Shown in pieces: positions 15,934 to 28,800 of a DNA stretch of 64,000 nt. Origin of the DNA: Eledone cirrhosa (Eukaryota); the NCBI GenBank assembly GCA_964016885.1, contig OZ024743.1:346890001-346954000 (forward strand). Reading direction: 5' to 3'. The notes beneath the pieces are model-generated. The model saw only the letters and a list, made by a program, of their open reading frames with translations. It had not been told where the DNA came from and ran no database searches. Every line of letters starts with the position of its first letter. Position 1 is the first letter of the stretch. The translations under genes and the position numbers were made by a program.

Positions 15934-16973
15934 GGAAAAAATGAAACGAAAATTCATTTCCCACTCTTAGTACGGCTGTTACTTAAATATAAGTATGTAC
16001 ACGTACATACATATATGTATACAGACGTACAGTAGTATGTATATATATATATACATGCATGCACACATATATATATATATGTACGTATGGATTCACCGAA
16101 CATTTATTATAATGCTCGGTGTGTTTGTTAACAAACATCCCGTATTAAGCGGTAGTGTCCAGCAACCATCGTTGCTCGTTTGTTCAACACTGACAAAGGA
16201 ACGCTCTACCAGTTTCAAGCTTATAACTATGGTCAGCAACGTATACCTTCCTGCCAGATTGTTGAACGTATATACTTACCTTATGCATATTAACGGCTGA
16301 GTAGCCGAATTTGCATATCGAGTGGGTTAATAAGCTGGGTGAAAAAAAAAAGATAAACGGAAAAAATGAAACGAAATTTCATTTCCCACTCTTGGTCCGG
16401 CTGTTACTTAAATATAAGTATGTACACGTACATACATATATGTATACAGACGTACAGTAGTATGTATATATATATACATACAAGCACACATATATATATG
16501 TACGTATGGATTCACCGTACATTTATTATAATGCTCCGTGTGTTTTAAACAAACATCCCGTATTAAGCCGTAGTGTCCAGCAACCATCGTTGCTCGTTTG
16601 TTCAACACTGACAAAGGAACGATGTACTAGTTTCAAGCTTATTAGCTATCGTCAGCAACGTATACCTTCCTGCCAGATTGTTGAACGTATATACTTACCT
16701 TATGCATATTAACGGCTGAGTAGCCCGATTTGCATATCGAGTGGGTTAATCGGCCGGCTGCACCGAAAACGATAAACGGAATAAATGAAACAACATTTCA
16801 TTTCCCACTCTTAGTACGGCTGTTAGTTAAATATAAGTATGTCCACGTACATACATATATGTATACAGACGTATAGTAGTATCTATATATATATACATAC
16901 ATGCACACATATATGTATGAACGTATGGATTCACCGAACATTTATTATAATGGTCGGTTTGTTTGTAAACAAA
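15929..16973 (-). mobile_element. Tandem retrozyme-like array, family E (units 425 and 419 bp plus a partial unit)
   Basis: Units start TAAACGGAA at 15929, 16354, 16773; one minus-strand hammerhead per full unit (16202-16241 degenerate, 16620-16660 intact core). Confidence 0.8.
16620..16660 (-). ncRNA. Minimal type I hammerhead ribozyme
   Basis: CGTTG-CTGACGA-T-AGCT-AATA-AGCT-T-GAAA-CTAG-TA-CATCG. Confidence 0.75.
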
Positions 16974-17930
16974 TATATAAGAACCGTAGAGCAAATATTT
17001 ATTAAAATAATATATATATTACATTGTACGATTTTGTCAACAAACATTTTTAAAGAAAGTGTATAATTAGATATTTCGTAGTGAGTTTGTGGTATAAACT
17101 GAGGACTACAATCTGGAACTTGCTTGAAGTTGGATTCCATAGTTGAGTTCAATATCACTCCTGAAAATAGCTATGTATGATAGGCAAATGTTTCTGCTGC
17201 AATCTGTTTAAAAAAATGATGTAGTTTGACTTGTGTAACGGGATCATATTAGAGTGCAACAACAAAAGAAGTACAACAGGTAATGTCCACGGGGAGCAAT
17301 TTCGCAAGAAAAACTTCCCTCCCGCTCTTCCTCTATTAATTTCATTCACTGTTTTCCTTCATCCCTCCCCCAGCCAGCACTATCATCACATATCAGATAT
17401 AAAGGTCTTCGCAATACCATTTGCTCCAACGTTTAGTGCTTTTCTTTTTTCTCTATCACATTTTGCTATCCATTATTCACTATTCAGCTATTCTTTCGCC
17501 ATTTCTCACCCACTCTCCTTCTCTGTTTCTTATTCTCTCTCCTGTCCTTTAATCCTCTCACTCTCTCGTTCTGTGTCTTATGCAAATGTATGTATATATA
17601 TACACACATACTCACATTTATTTTTATTCTAAGAAAACAATGCCTTTCAAATCTAAATAATTATTGTGAGACATAAAATGCATATTCAGAGAAATGCGTA
17701 TATGTATGTATGAGTATACATACATACATACATACATACATACATACATACATACATACATACATACATACATACATACATACATACATACATACATACA
17801 TACATACATACATACATACATACGTGTGTGTGTGTGTATGTATGTGTATAAGTATAGGTTGTATACACATCTGCCCCATCTGCGCCAACCACGCCTTTCG
17901 GTCTCTCTGATTTTCTCTCTTTCTCTCTCA

Positions 17931-18000
<70 letters not shown>

Positions 18001-19141
18001 CTCTCTCTCCCTCTCTCTATTTCTTTCTATCTCTATCTCTCACCGATTCTCTTCTTGTATACCCCATCACTAACCGACACCCTTGGCATTACCCCGATAG
18101 TCATGTTCTAAATGGCAGTCTGGTGGGAAACAACATTTTAGCATGATTCCACACAAACAGACAATTAAAATGTCTGGGTCACTTGAAAAATCAATGAAAT
18201 GTCCTCTCTCTCCCTCTCTGTATGCATGTGTCTGTGTACGTGTGTGTTTAAAGGTTTATTTATATTTTTCCATAATGCAGCTTTCTATTGAAGCAACAGG
18301 CTTCCCCCTTTTTTACTTTTATCTCTGTGCCCCTTTGTGGAAACCACCCACCACCCTCTCCGTACATACATATCCCTGATTTTACTATTCCTGCTACATC
18401 ACTCCATCACCTCTAAATAGACGGATGCCTTCACCCTCCGTTGTGCTTTACATAAACTATACTTATACACACATAGACACACACATGCACATACTTACAT
18501 ATAATACATATAAAACATACATACATACACACGTTCATACACACATACATATTTACGTACGTACATCACTGTATGTGCTTGTTTGGCGAATAATTTAATC
18601 TGAAGCAATTCCATCTTGGACAAGTCATCGTAACCATTCAAAACGCATAAAAAATCTACTACAATCACTTTCCATTTCATTTTCGTAGTACTGTCGACAA
18701 ATTTCGTTGCGCTGAAAGAAATTTCTTAAGCACACAGCATTCTTACATAACCCTCTAATTATCCTATAGACAACCTTCATTAAGCAGATATATGAAAATC
18801 GCTTTTTATAAATTTTATTTATCTATTTATTTTATCTAAGTTAAAATTATTAGCAATTGGTGGACATGTTGCTGTTGTTTTTAAAAGATAAAGAGATTCA
18901 CTAATCCTGCAAGAAATATATGTGCTTGTTTATTCATCTGCATCCGTCCCCAATAAGCGTGAGTGAGCCTTGCCCCAAAATTAGAATCAATTTTACTGGT
19001 GATATTGTTTTCTTATAAACGCAATAAAATATTTACCATATGATCATTGTCATCAGTTTTTCGTTAAGAACATTATTGACCATGTCAATGTTTTAACCAA
19101 TTCAAATTGACTCTTTAACAACCCTCTCACTCTCTTTTCAG

Positions 19142-19258
19142 GATTGGTTGGTCATCCGTCATTTGGTTCGACGCAGGGCTTCAAACATAAATGTAAATTC
19201 TGCCAGAAAGTCTTCAGTAACGAGATCTCGCTTCAGGTTCACGTCAGGTCACATACAG
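19142..19258 (+). CDS. sall: Spalt-like zinc-finger gene, internal exon encoding the first C2H2 finger
   Basis: Polypyrimidine CTCTTTTCAG acceptor, GTGAG donor; translates [39 protein letters not shown] and joins in phase 1 to 25822, giving the HTGERPY linker. Confidence 0.9.
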
Positions 19259-19638
19259 GTGAGGCATAGACACATAACCAAGTTATACATGTTTATCTAT
19301 ATACATTACATTCTCCTCTTTTATTTGGAGTTACACTATTACCTTCTCTCCCACAACTTGCCCCGCTCGCTCACCCTCACCCTGTCTCTCTAGAAAACAA
19401 ATCCCTTGAATATAAACCTTCCATGATTTTCAATAATCTTCAGCGTGATAGAAAATTCCACTGATAGTAAAACATTTTCCTCAAATTCTCAAAAATACCT
19501 GCACATTTATATTATATATATGTATATGTATATCTGTGTATGTATATGTGTACACACACGCACGCACACACATATGTGTAATAGATATAATGAAGTAACT
19601 GGGAGTGGGAGTGGCGGTGATCGTTGAATTTTGAAGGC

Positions 19639-19694
<56 letters not shown>

Positions 19695-20377
19695 GCGCAC
19701 AGACGCATATGTGCGTGTGTATGTGTATAGAGGAAGAAAGTGTATTTGTGACGTCACTAATCCAGGATCTCGGTTTTCAAAATGTTGGAGCTTGAAGGAT
19801 TCGAAATAACTATGTAGTGCATCAACAACTAAGGGAACACCCAATATGTGTGTGTGCATATGTGTCAATAAATGCATATTAGTGAATATGTTTTTGTATT
19901 TGATCATATGATTAATGTAACTCAGATAGTGTGTATGTCTACTTTTGTACATATGTTGAAGTTGTGCAAGAGTAAAGCTGATAGCTGGGTGTTGGTAATG
20001 ATTTGATATATTGGCATGTATTGAGTTTTATAAGAGCCTTGGACGTATATTGTTTTATTATTAACAACCTAAGTGCATGTTGTTGTCATGGTAACATATC
20101 TTAGGGAGTTAAAGAAACACACGCTCTTATTTACAAGTGGTATATATATATATATATATTACTTGTTTCTTCTTTCGGCACAATGCCAGCAATTATCCCA
20201 GTGTATTACTAGTACTTTATTTGATCGACCCCGTAAGGATGAAAGGCAAAGTTAACCTCGGCAATGCTGCTGTACAAGCCTTATTTTGTTTATATATGTA
20301 TGTATACACACACCAACACACAAACATATATATGTGTGTGTGTATCGGTGTATATATGTATATATATATATATATAT

Positions 20378-20591
20378 GAAGGCGTGTGGCTGAGTGGTTA
20401 GAGAATTGGATTCACAATCTTGAGGTTGTGAGTTCGATTCCTGGACCGGGCGATGCGTTATGTCCTTGAGCAAGACCCTTTATTTCACGTTGCTCCTTCT
20501 ACCTGGAGTTGCGACCGATAGATAGTACTAGCAACTGGAAAGACTAACGGAAACATTGTTTCCTCGGTCCGATTCGACGAATGTCGATCGA
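20378..20591 (+). mobile_element. tRNA-derived SINE family 2
   Basis: GGCGTGTGGCTGAGTGGTTAGAG...GAGTTCGATTCC...TGTCCTTGAGCAAGAC; highly similar to the reverse complement of 12312-12531. Confidence 0.85.
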
Positions 20592-20625
20592 TCCTTTTAT
20601 ATATATATATATAACTCTCCCTAAC

Positions 20626-20714
<89 letters not shown>

Positions 20715-21877
20715 ATATATGATATATATATAAGTGTGTGTGTAGTTGGGAAGTGTGTTTTTATGTATCTATTTACTTGCATTGGATATGCCTTACAGGT
20801 ACGAATGCATATACAAATTCGAAAATATGTGTGATTATGCGGGTGGCAGAGACGAAGCCCGCTCCATTGGCAACTACTCTTCTTTCTGAAAAAGGAAATA
20901 AAATATCCTGCCCTTTCATGTGCTCCACAAACGAATCTTCAGGTGGACATACACGGTGAACAGTTGCAGGCGGATTCATTCCATTAATATATTCTGGATT
21001 GAGATGTCACTGATTTATGAATTCGGTGTTTAATTTATCTGAAGTTAAACTAGCTACCCCTGTCCGATAATAAAATAAGTTTGAATCTATTATCAATATA
21101 AATCCCTCCCGTCAGTAATACTTTTTTTGTCTTTCATCATAATCTTATGAGATACCCTCCATAGCATTATCATTAATATATATGAATGTATATCTGTTTT
21201 TAAATTTGTTGTGACTTATTTCATGCTTTTCCATATTTCCTAACCCGCCATTTTATTTCATTTAAAAAGGCGAGAATAACTTTTTTTTTTGTATATATAT
21301 AATGTATACTTTCAAATGATTAGAAACAACACTGATAGAAGATGGGAAATGTTTATACGTGTATTATAGAAAGAGTGTTGAACGTAAGAGCAATTATTTG
21401 TATTAAAGCGCATGTATGACCAAACATTCATTAAATATATGCAAATATCTATCTCTGTTTGCTGTATGCTTGTCTAGATTCGTATTTGTTAAAGCAGACG
21501 TATATGTTAGTGGGTGTGTCCATATGCATATATAGATATACATTCAATGAACATATATCTATATATGTACATATATATGTGTGTATATAATACCTGGATA
21601 TTTACACATATAAACATATATATACATAAATGTGTGCGGGTGTGTGCCTGTGTGTGTAGTTGTATAGACATTTAAATTTAATATCTAAAGATTATGTTAC
21701 TCTTACATTTCTTCTACACGATGTTGTTTTGACATTCATATAAAGAAATGTATATATATATATATATATAAACATATATAGGTGTGTGTCTGTATTTATG
21801 TGTGTGTGTGTGCGTGGAGGACTGTATTTCCTTACACAAACAAATATATTTATGAATACACATGCATATAGACAAGG

Positions 21878-21953
<76 letters not shown>

Positions 21954-22145
21954 TTAGAAACAAACACATGTATTTAAAAATCGATAAAGGAAAAAGTAAA
22001 ACACTACGTGAAATAGAATAACCGAAAATATCTACGTTCGCTTTGCCCAGAGGGGATTTTCCTCAATGCATTATCGCCGCGTTTATAAAATTGTTTATTT
22101 GACGTTTAAATAAATGCCTACATACCTATATAGACATGCGAGTGA

Positions 22146-22216
<71 letters not shown>

Positions 22217-23401
22217 GCATGTATTTATGTATATAAGCGTACACAAGAATATATGTTAGTAATATGCATGTTCATATATCATCTGCTGCCATTGTTAAGT
22301 TAGTTCAAGATAAATCCTTTCAATTTATGTATATTAACAGGTCTCTTGTATGCTCTGCCTAGGCTATTACTGTTATTGTTAATCTGATTAATAGAAAACT
22401 GTGCTTATTGTTGTTGTATTTTCTTTACTTATCTACTATTAGCATTATTAATTTATCTATCACCATCATAACCCCCACCAAACATATATATATATATATG
22501 TGTGTGTGTGTGATTACCTCCTTCCCAGCCTCATATAATTCTCTGATGCATACACTAACACTTTCTTCATCCTTTCAACCTTTCATCTTTCAATGCAAGC
22601 ACACATATTTTAGTCTCCCGTCCTCCTCAAATTTCACTCAGCAATCGTCCATATTATCCTCTCCATCTTCACTTCACCGTATTACCACATAACAACCTGT
22701 CTGCCTGTGTATTATTCTAATGGAACAATTACATATATACAGCATTTTAAATTTTTGATATTATTTTCATGGACGTTGCGTCACAGTTGAAGATGATGGT
22801 TGTGCCGTGGTTGTGGCGATAGTTGGATAATATTGGTATCATCGCTGTAATAGATGAATAGAAGAGTATTGATAATAGCACTGCTGGCACTGCTCGTATA
22901 TATATATTGGATTATTAATATCAGGAAGATATATATTTTGCCGTAGCAGATTATAGTATAAATATGAATCGAAATTAAATCTCTTGGATTCGTACAAACA
23001 ATGAAGTTGATATTTCTCTTCTTTTTGAGATTCCTGTTATATACTGAACCTGAACACTCGTAATTGCGATAGCTACAAAAAAAAGAGAAACTATTTCTGC
23101 TCTTCAAAATATAACAATTTCACATATTGTTATTTGGTGACATTGTCTGGGAAAATTGACACAGTCGATTGAATACCTGCCCTGGAAAGCCCTAGAGCAC
23201 ATAATCGGTAACTGGGAGGTATGATGTTCCATTCATTGGAGCAGTTGCTGTCAACATTTTTCCGTGTCTAAGGGTCTTTAACCGTTTTTCATAATCTATT
23301 GTACAGCATCTGATTCTAGTTGCAGTTATTTTCTTTGATTGAGTACCCTACATGTTAGAAATGTATCGCCTCAGCTTTTTGAAAATAGGAACTTCACAAT
23401 G

Positions 23402-23490
<89 letters not shown>

Positions 23491-23844
23491 CAGTGGCACC
23501 AGCTCTCCCTAGCTGGTCATGACTTGAAAAGTATAAGCGTATGCTTACCACATTGGCTGGCCCCAATACCTGCGGTGTTCATAGTGTGTTCATGCAATAG
23601 GCAGGAAGAATGTATTTTTTTTCAATTGCGATTGATAATATATGAATTGGAAACACGATAGTTCTTTAGAAAAGTAAACCTCCCACCTTACTTTATGCAC
23701 CGAGGGACCTATTAAGTTCGAAGTCATTCTATGTCTGATCTAAATATGTATTCTTTTCTACTCTTCATTTGTACTTTATGGTGATCTATTTTATAAAAAT
23801 GTTGTAATCTGAAAGTAATAAATAATCGCATTAGCTATGTTTCG

Positions 23845-23883
<39 letters not shown>

Positions 23884-24245
23884 TATATATGGACAGAAGA
23901 GCATAAACATATGGTGGGGCAGTGAATCATAAATACCTTTAAAAAATAAAAGCAATGAGAATATATTGCAAATAATGTTCGGCAGTGAAGTTAATAATTT
24001 GGTTTCTCCCCGTAAAGGAGAATTTGATTAATATAGTGATGTATAATTATATTATTATATAAGTGAATATATAACTGAATATATGATAACAAGTGAGATA
24101 GAATTTATGAACGTTTGGATGTAACTCAATGAAAATCTATGAATATATCACTTTTGACCCATCATCTTTGCTCCTTCATACTTCATGTGTATGATTCGAG
24201 AGTAGTGTGTCGAGTCGATAGGTATATATGTGCCATACTATATTC

Positions 24246-24307
<62 letters not shown>

Positions 24308-24432
24308 TCATATACAGATATATGTGTGAGTGTATATAAATATATATATGTATGTTTGTATGTTCATATATCATATATATATATACATATATATACATAT
24401 ATATAATATATACATATATATATGTCTGTTTG

Positions 24433-24460
24433 TGTGTACAAACTATATCATATATATATG

Positions 24461-24512
<52 letters not shown>

Positions 24513-24582
24513 CATATATATATGATATAGTTTGTACACATATATTGTATATAATATATATATATATATTATATACAATATA
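24433..24582. repeat. Two adjacent (TA)n-centred palindromes
   Basis: TGTGTACAAACTATATCATATATATATGTAAA-(TA)n-TTTACATATATATATGATATAGTTTGTACACA, then TATATTGTATATAA..TTATATACAATATA. Confidence 0.8.
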
Positions 24583-25178
24583 TATTATTTTTGTGTTTCT
24601 TCTTTTTCATTTATAATAAAAATAATAATATCTGACATTTCATGCATGTGAAAACTTATTATTGTTATCGATAAATCTGTGGCTTCTTGCATAATACTTT
24701 CATATTATTGCGAATACTACTACAAATAATAATATTACTACTACTGTTAATATCACCATCAATGTCGTTATCAATGTTATTATTATTCGTATTCGTATTA
24801 CTTCTGTTAAGACTGCCACTACCACTATTATGTTTTATCGGCTTTATTTCATTATGCTATATTCATATAGTCTTATCTAGTTAGAAACAGTTGCACTCGG
24901 TGAACTAATCGTTCCACAACTGGTTTACGCTAACGATTTTTGGCTCAGAATTTCCCAACGCGTGTACCTGAACCTGTATATGTGAGTGTGTGCGTTGTGT
25001 GTAGTGTTGTATAGTGTGGTGTATTTGTATGTTTTTGTGAATTCTTATGTGCAATGTTGTCGTATGAGATATAATATAATATAATGTAATATCTAGCATG
25101 TTAAACATAACGTGTTTCTCTAGGAAATAAAACAAAGCGTACAACCACATCAAATAAAACAAAACACGTGCGCGCACA

Positions 25179-25275
<97 letters not shown>

Positions 25276-25439
25276 ACATGCCCATATACATACATATACG
25301 TGTGTGTGTTTAGTTGGGCAATTGTGTCGAAATCAGGGGTTGTGAAAAGAGACTTAAACCGCAGTAGGTGGGATGAGCTGTTCCTTTGACTACAAAGGTT
25401 GCAGGTGTGTGTGTGTATGATGTGTTATGGTTGTATGTG

Positions 25440-25490
<51 letters not shown>

Positions 25491-25821
25491 AAATATCTAT
25501 GTATATATATATATATATGTATATGTGTGCATATACAATGTATGTAAATATGTATATATATATATATACACATGTGTATACATATTCAGAGAGCGAGAGG
25601 GGGGGGGGGTAATTTGTTTATTAATATTGTTTTATGCTAATTAATTCTATTATGCTAAATATTTTCTGTTGCGACAAGGCAATAATACAATTGCCTTATC
25701 GGAATCATATCACTCTATATTATATAAAATATTCCGTATTATATCTAATATTGAATCATAAATGTATGTACATACTTTAATATATTTGACATTATATCAT
25801 TTTTTGTTTCATATTTTGCAG

Positions 25822-28800
25822 GTGAACGACCATATCGCTGCAACGTATGCAACATAAAGTTCTCCTGCAAAAGTGCGCTGCGTGTGCATTTCGGAAAGCA
25901 TAAATCGCACTATAAATTGGCTCATCGGCCTGCTCCTGCTCACTCTGTAAGGAATCCAGCACTGTTACCGTCACGGTTTCAATTCTCACCAATGGGAATT
26001 GCTGTTTCATCAGTACCAATAAGTCTCTCAGCAGCCGGAATACCGATCACAGCTTGCAATTCTCCGATTGTGTCATCTGCGATAAGCCAAGCTTCCTTGC
26101 TAGGCTCGTCGTTGATGTCACAGCACAGAACAATTCCTCATGATGGAGGAGTTGTTCTGGTTGGTAGTAATAGTAGTGGTGGTAGTAGTAGTGTAATCAG
26201 TACAGGGGGTGCTACTGCTCTAGCTGCTGCTACCGCCGCTGCTGCTGCTGCTGCTGCTGCTGGCAGTGGTACCGAAAGTCCGGCTCTTAAACAGGAAAAT
26301 CCTGATACCAAATTAAGTGAAGATCCGCCCACTTGCGCCTCACCAAGCGACAATAATGTCAACAATAATAATAATAATAACTCTGTGAACAATATTGAGA
26401 TACCGATTCCATCTTCTACACCAAATGCTACTGCTGCCACCGTCGCATCTGTTCTTCCTTTAACAAAATTAGCGAGACTGACTTGTTCCAGTCCAGAGAG
26501 TACCTTAAATTTATCTTCGGACTCAGTTGCAGCTTCCATCTCATCCATCATTACTGCTGCCAATAGTTCAGTAGTAACGAGCACATCCTCTACTTTGGAC
26601 CATATACCTTTGAGTGCTTCACGTCATTTTCACATACTACCACCGATGTCAACGGTTCCACCGCCTCCTCCCCTTGCAGCATTGCCGCCCAACTTTAACC
26701 CTGCTGCTCACCCTTCGCAAATGAACAACACTGATTTAAGGACTATGCCAGGTGGGCTCTTCCCCCCCGCCAAGCATATTGAACCTGGAGAAAATGTTGA
26801 AGATTACATGGAAGTAAACACATCTGAAACGACCAAACTTCAGAAATTTGTTGAAAACATTGAACATAAGTTGAGTGATCCCAATGAATGTGCGATTTGT
26901 CATCGTGTGTTGAGCTGCAAGAGTGCCCTGCAAATGCACTATCGTATCCACACTGGAGAGCGACCTTTCCGTTGTAAGTTATGTGGACGTGCCTTCACCA
27001 CGAAGGGCAACCTCAAGACACATATGGGTGTGCACCGTGCCAAGCCGCCAACCCGGCTCACCCATCAGTGTCCAGTGTGTCACAAGCAGTTCACCAACAT
27101 TCTCGTGCTACAGCAGCACATTAGGGGTCATACAGCGGACACTTACCCAACAATGCCTCCTAGTCTCTATCGAACTAGTGAATGGCACCCTAAGCCGTTT
27201 GATCTGAGGCCTTCTATTGAACCAAAGGAATTAGATTTGAGCAAGACATCCTCAAGCTTTCTGTCTCGTTCTATTCAGCCTTCGACAACGTCACCATCGG
27301 TGTCTCAGACATCGACATCACCCTTGTGCTCACCTTTGGAAAACCACAAAATAAGTCCAACTTCCCTGGACCTAGCTCCAAAGAATTTAGAAAGCACAAC
27401 TAACCTGACAGAGGCAAGCAATGAAATGACTGAAGGAGCCACTAATGTCATAACTAGAACCAGTAACAGTCTAGATAGTAGCAATGTTATGGATGAGAAT
27501 ATGATGGAAGAAGGTGTGATTGACTCTGAAAATATGGACGAAAACCTGGTTGATACTTGCAACCTCGATGATACAGGTGATATGGAAGACAGTGCCCTAG
27601 ATGCAAGTGGCATAGAACCCAACCTGATGGATACTGAAGAGATAAATGAAAAATCAGAGAACAAAGAGGAGAAAATCGACGGGGAAGACACGAACAAAGA
27701 AGAAGAATGGATGGATACCAAATCGAAAGAAGAGGAATGGATGGATTCCAAGTCGAAAGAAGAAGAATGGATGGAGACCAAGTCGAAAGAAGAGGTATGG
27801 CCCGAACCCGAAGATTCTAGAACGTCGAGCGAGGCTGGCCATGAGAATCTTGAGGAAGAAAGACCGAGTTCTCTTGCTTCTGCTGCATCGCATGAATCAC
27901 AAGATTTGCATAAAAACCATGACTTCAATCCAGCATCAAGCTATGAGACACAGATTACATCTGTGATAACAAGCGGTTTTGTTCCTCCATCGTCAACCTC
28001 ACTTGCCGCTTTAGAAGCTCGAGTCCGAGCAATCAGTTCAAATAACCCTCTTAGTATGACCGTAGGCTCCAAGTTCAACATGCGACTCCATTCCCGTGAC
28101 TTCAACCCAGCCCATAAACAATTTTCACATCATCTTCCACACAGTGCTTTCCTCAACGGAGACGGATCTCCAGGAAATTCACCTCATAGCCAGTTATATA
28201 CCTCCGAGGGAAAATCCGAAAGCAATGGAATGAAAGATCCAATTGGTGCCCATTCTGTGTCTCTTCATATGCGTCCTGACGTAGCGGGTTTCCCCATGAG
28301 TTCCGTGTTTCCTTTAGCGCCAGCACTTGACTTGCGTCCCAAAAACGTAGAGGGCAAAACAAACACAACGTGTTATATTTGCTTTAAAACGTTTGCTTGC
28401 AAAAGTGCTCTCGATATTCACATTAGGAGTCACACTAAAGAGAGGCCGTTCAAATGTGAAGTTTGTGATCGCAGTTTCTCAACTAAAGGTAATATGAAGC
28501 AACATATGCTGACACACAAAATAAGGGACCTACCATCACAGGCATTCAAAAAAAACTCCAGCAAGCTTGACTCGGCATCTATCAAGAGGGAACCTACGAT
28601 CGAATTGGACAGTTCTCGCGTGTCCGAGTCGCTTGCGTCTACCAACAACAGTGTGAGCCCTAGTAATTTGAAATCTAGTAATACACTTAATAATGTCAGT
28701 AACAATAGCAACAACAACAACAGCAACAACAGTGATAACACCAACAGTAACAGCAACAATAACGGTCAAACTTCATTAAATACTAGTGTGAGTCAAGGAG

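Noticed and set aside
16186-16225. Plus-strand hammerhead CTGACAAAGGAAC..GTTTCAAGCTT in family E
   Set aside because: Lacks GAAA; the minus-strand reading gives a far better ribozyme
20378-20450. tRNA genes (also at 12460-12531, 52901 and 62840)
   Set aside because: A and B boxes continue into SINE bodies; no complete cloverleaf
25884-25886. ORF-track start of the 1484-aa protein
   Set aside because: It is a GTG in the middle of a zinc finger; the exon begins at the acceptor at 25821/25822
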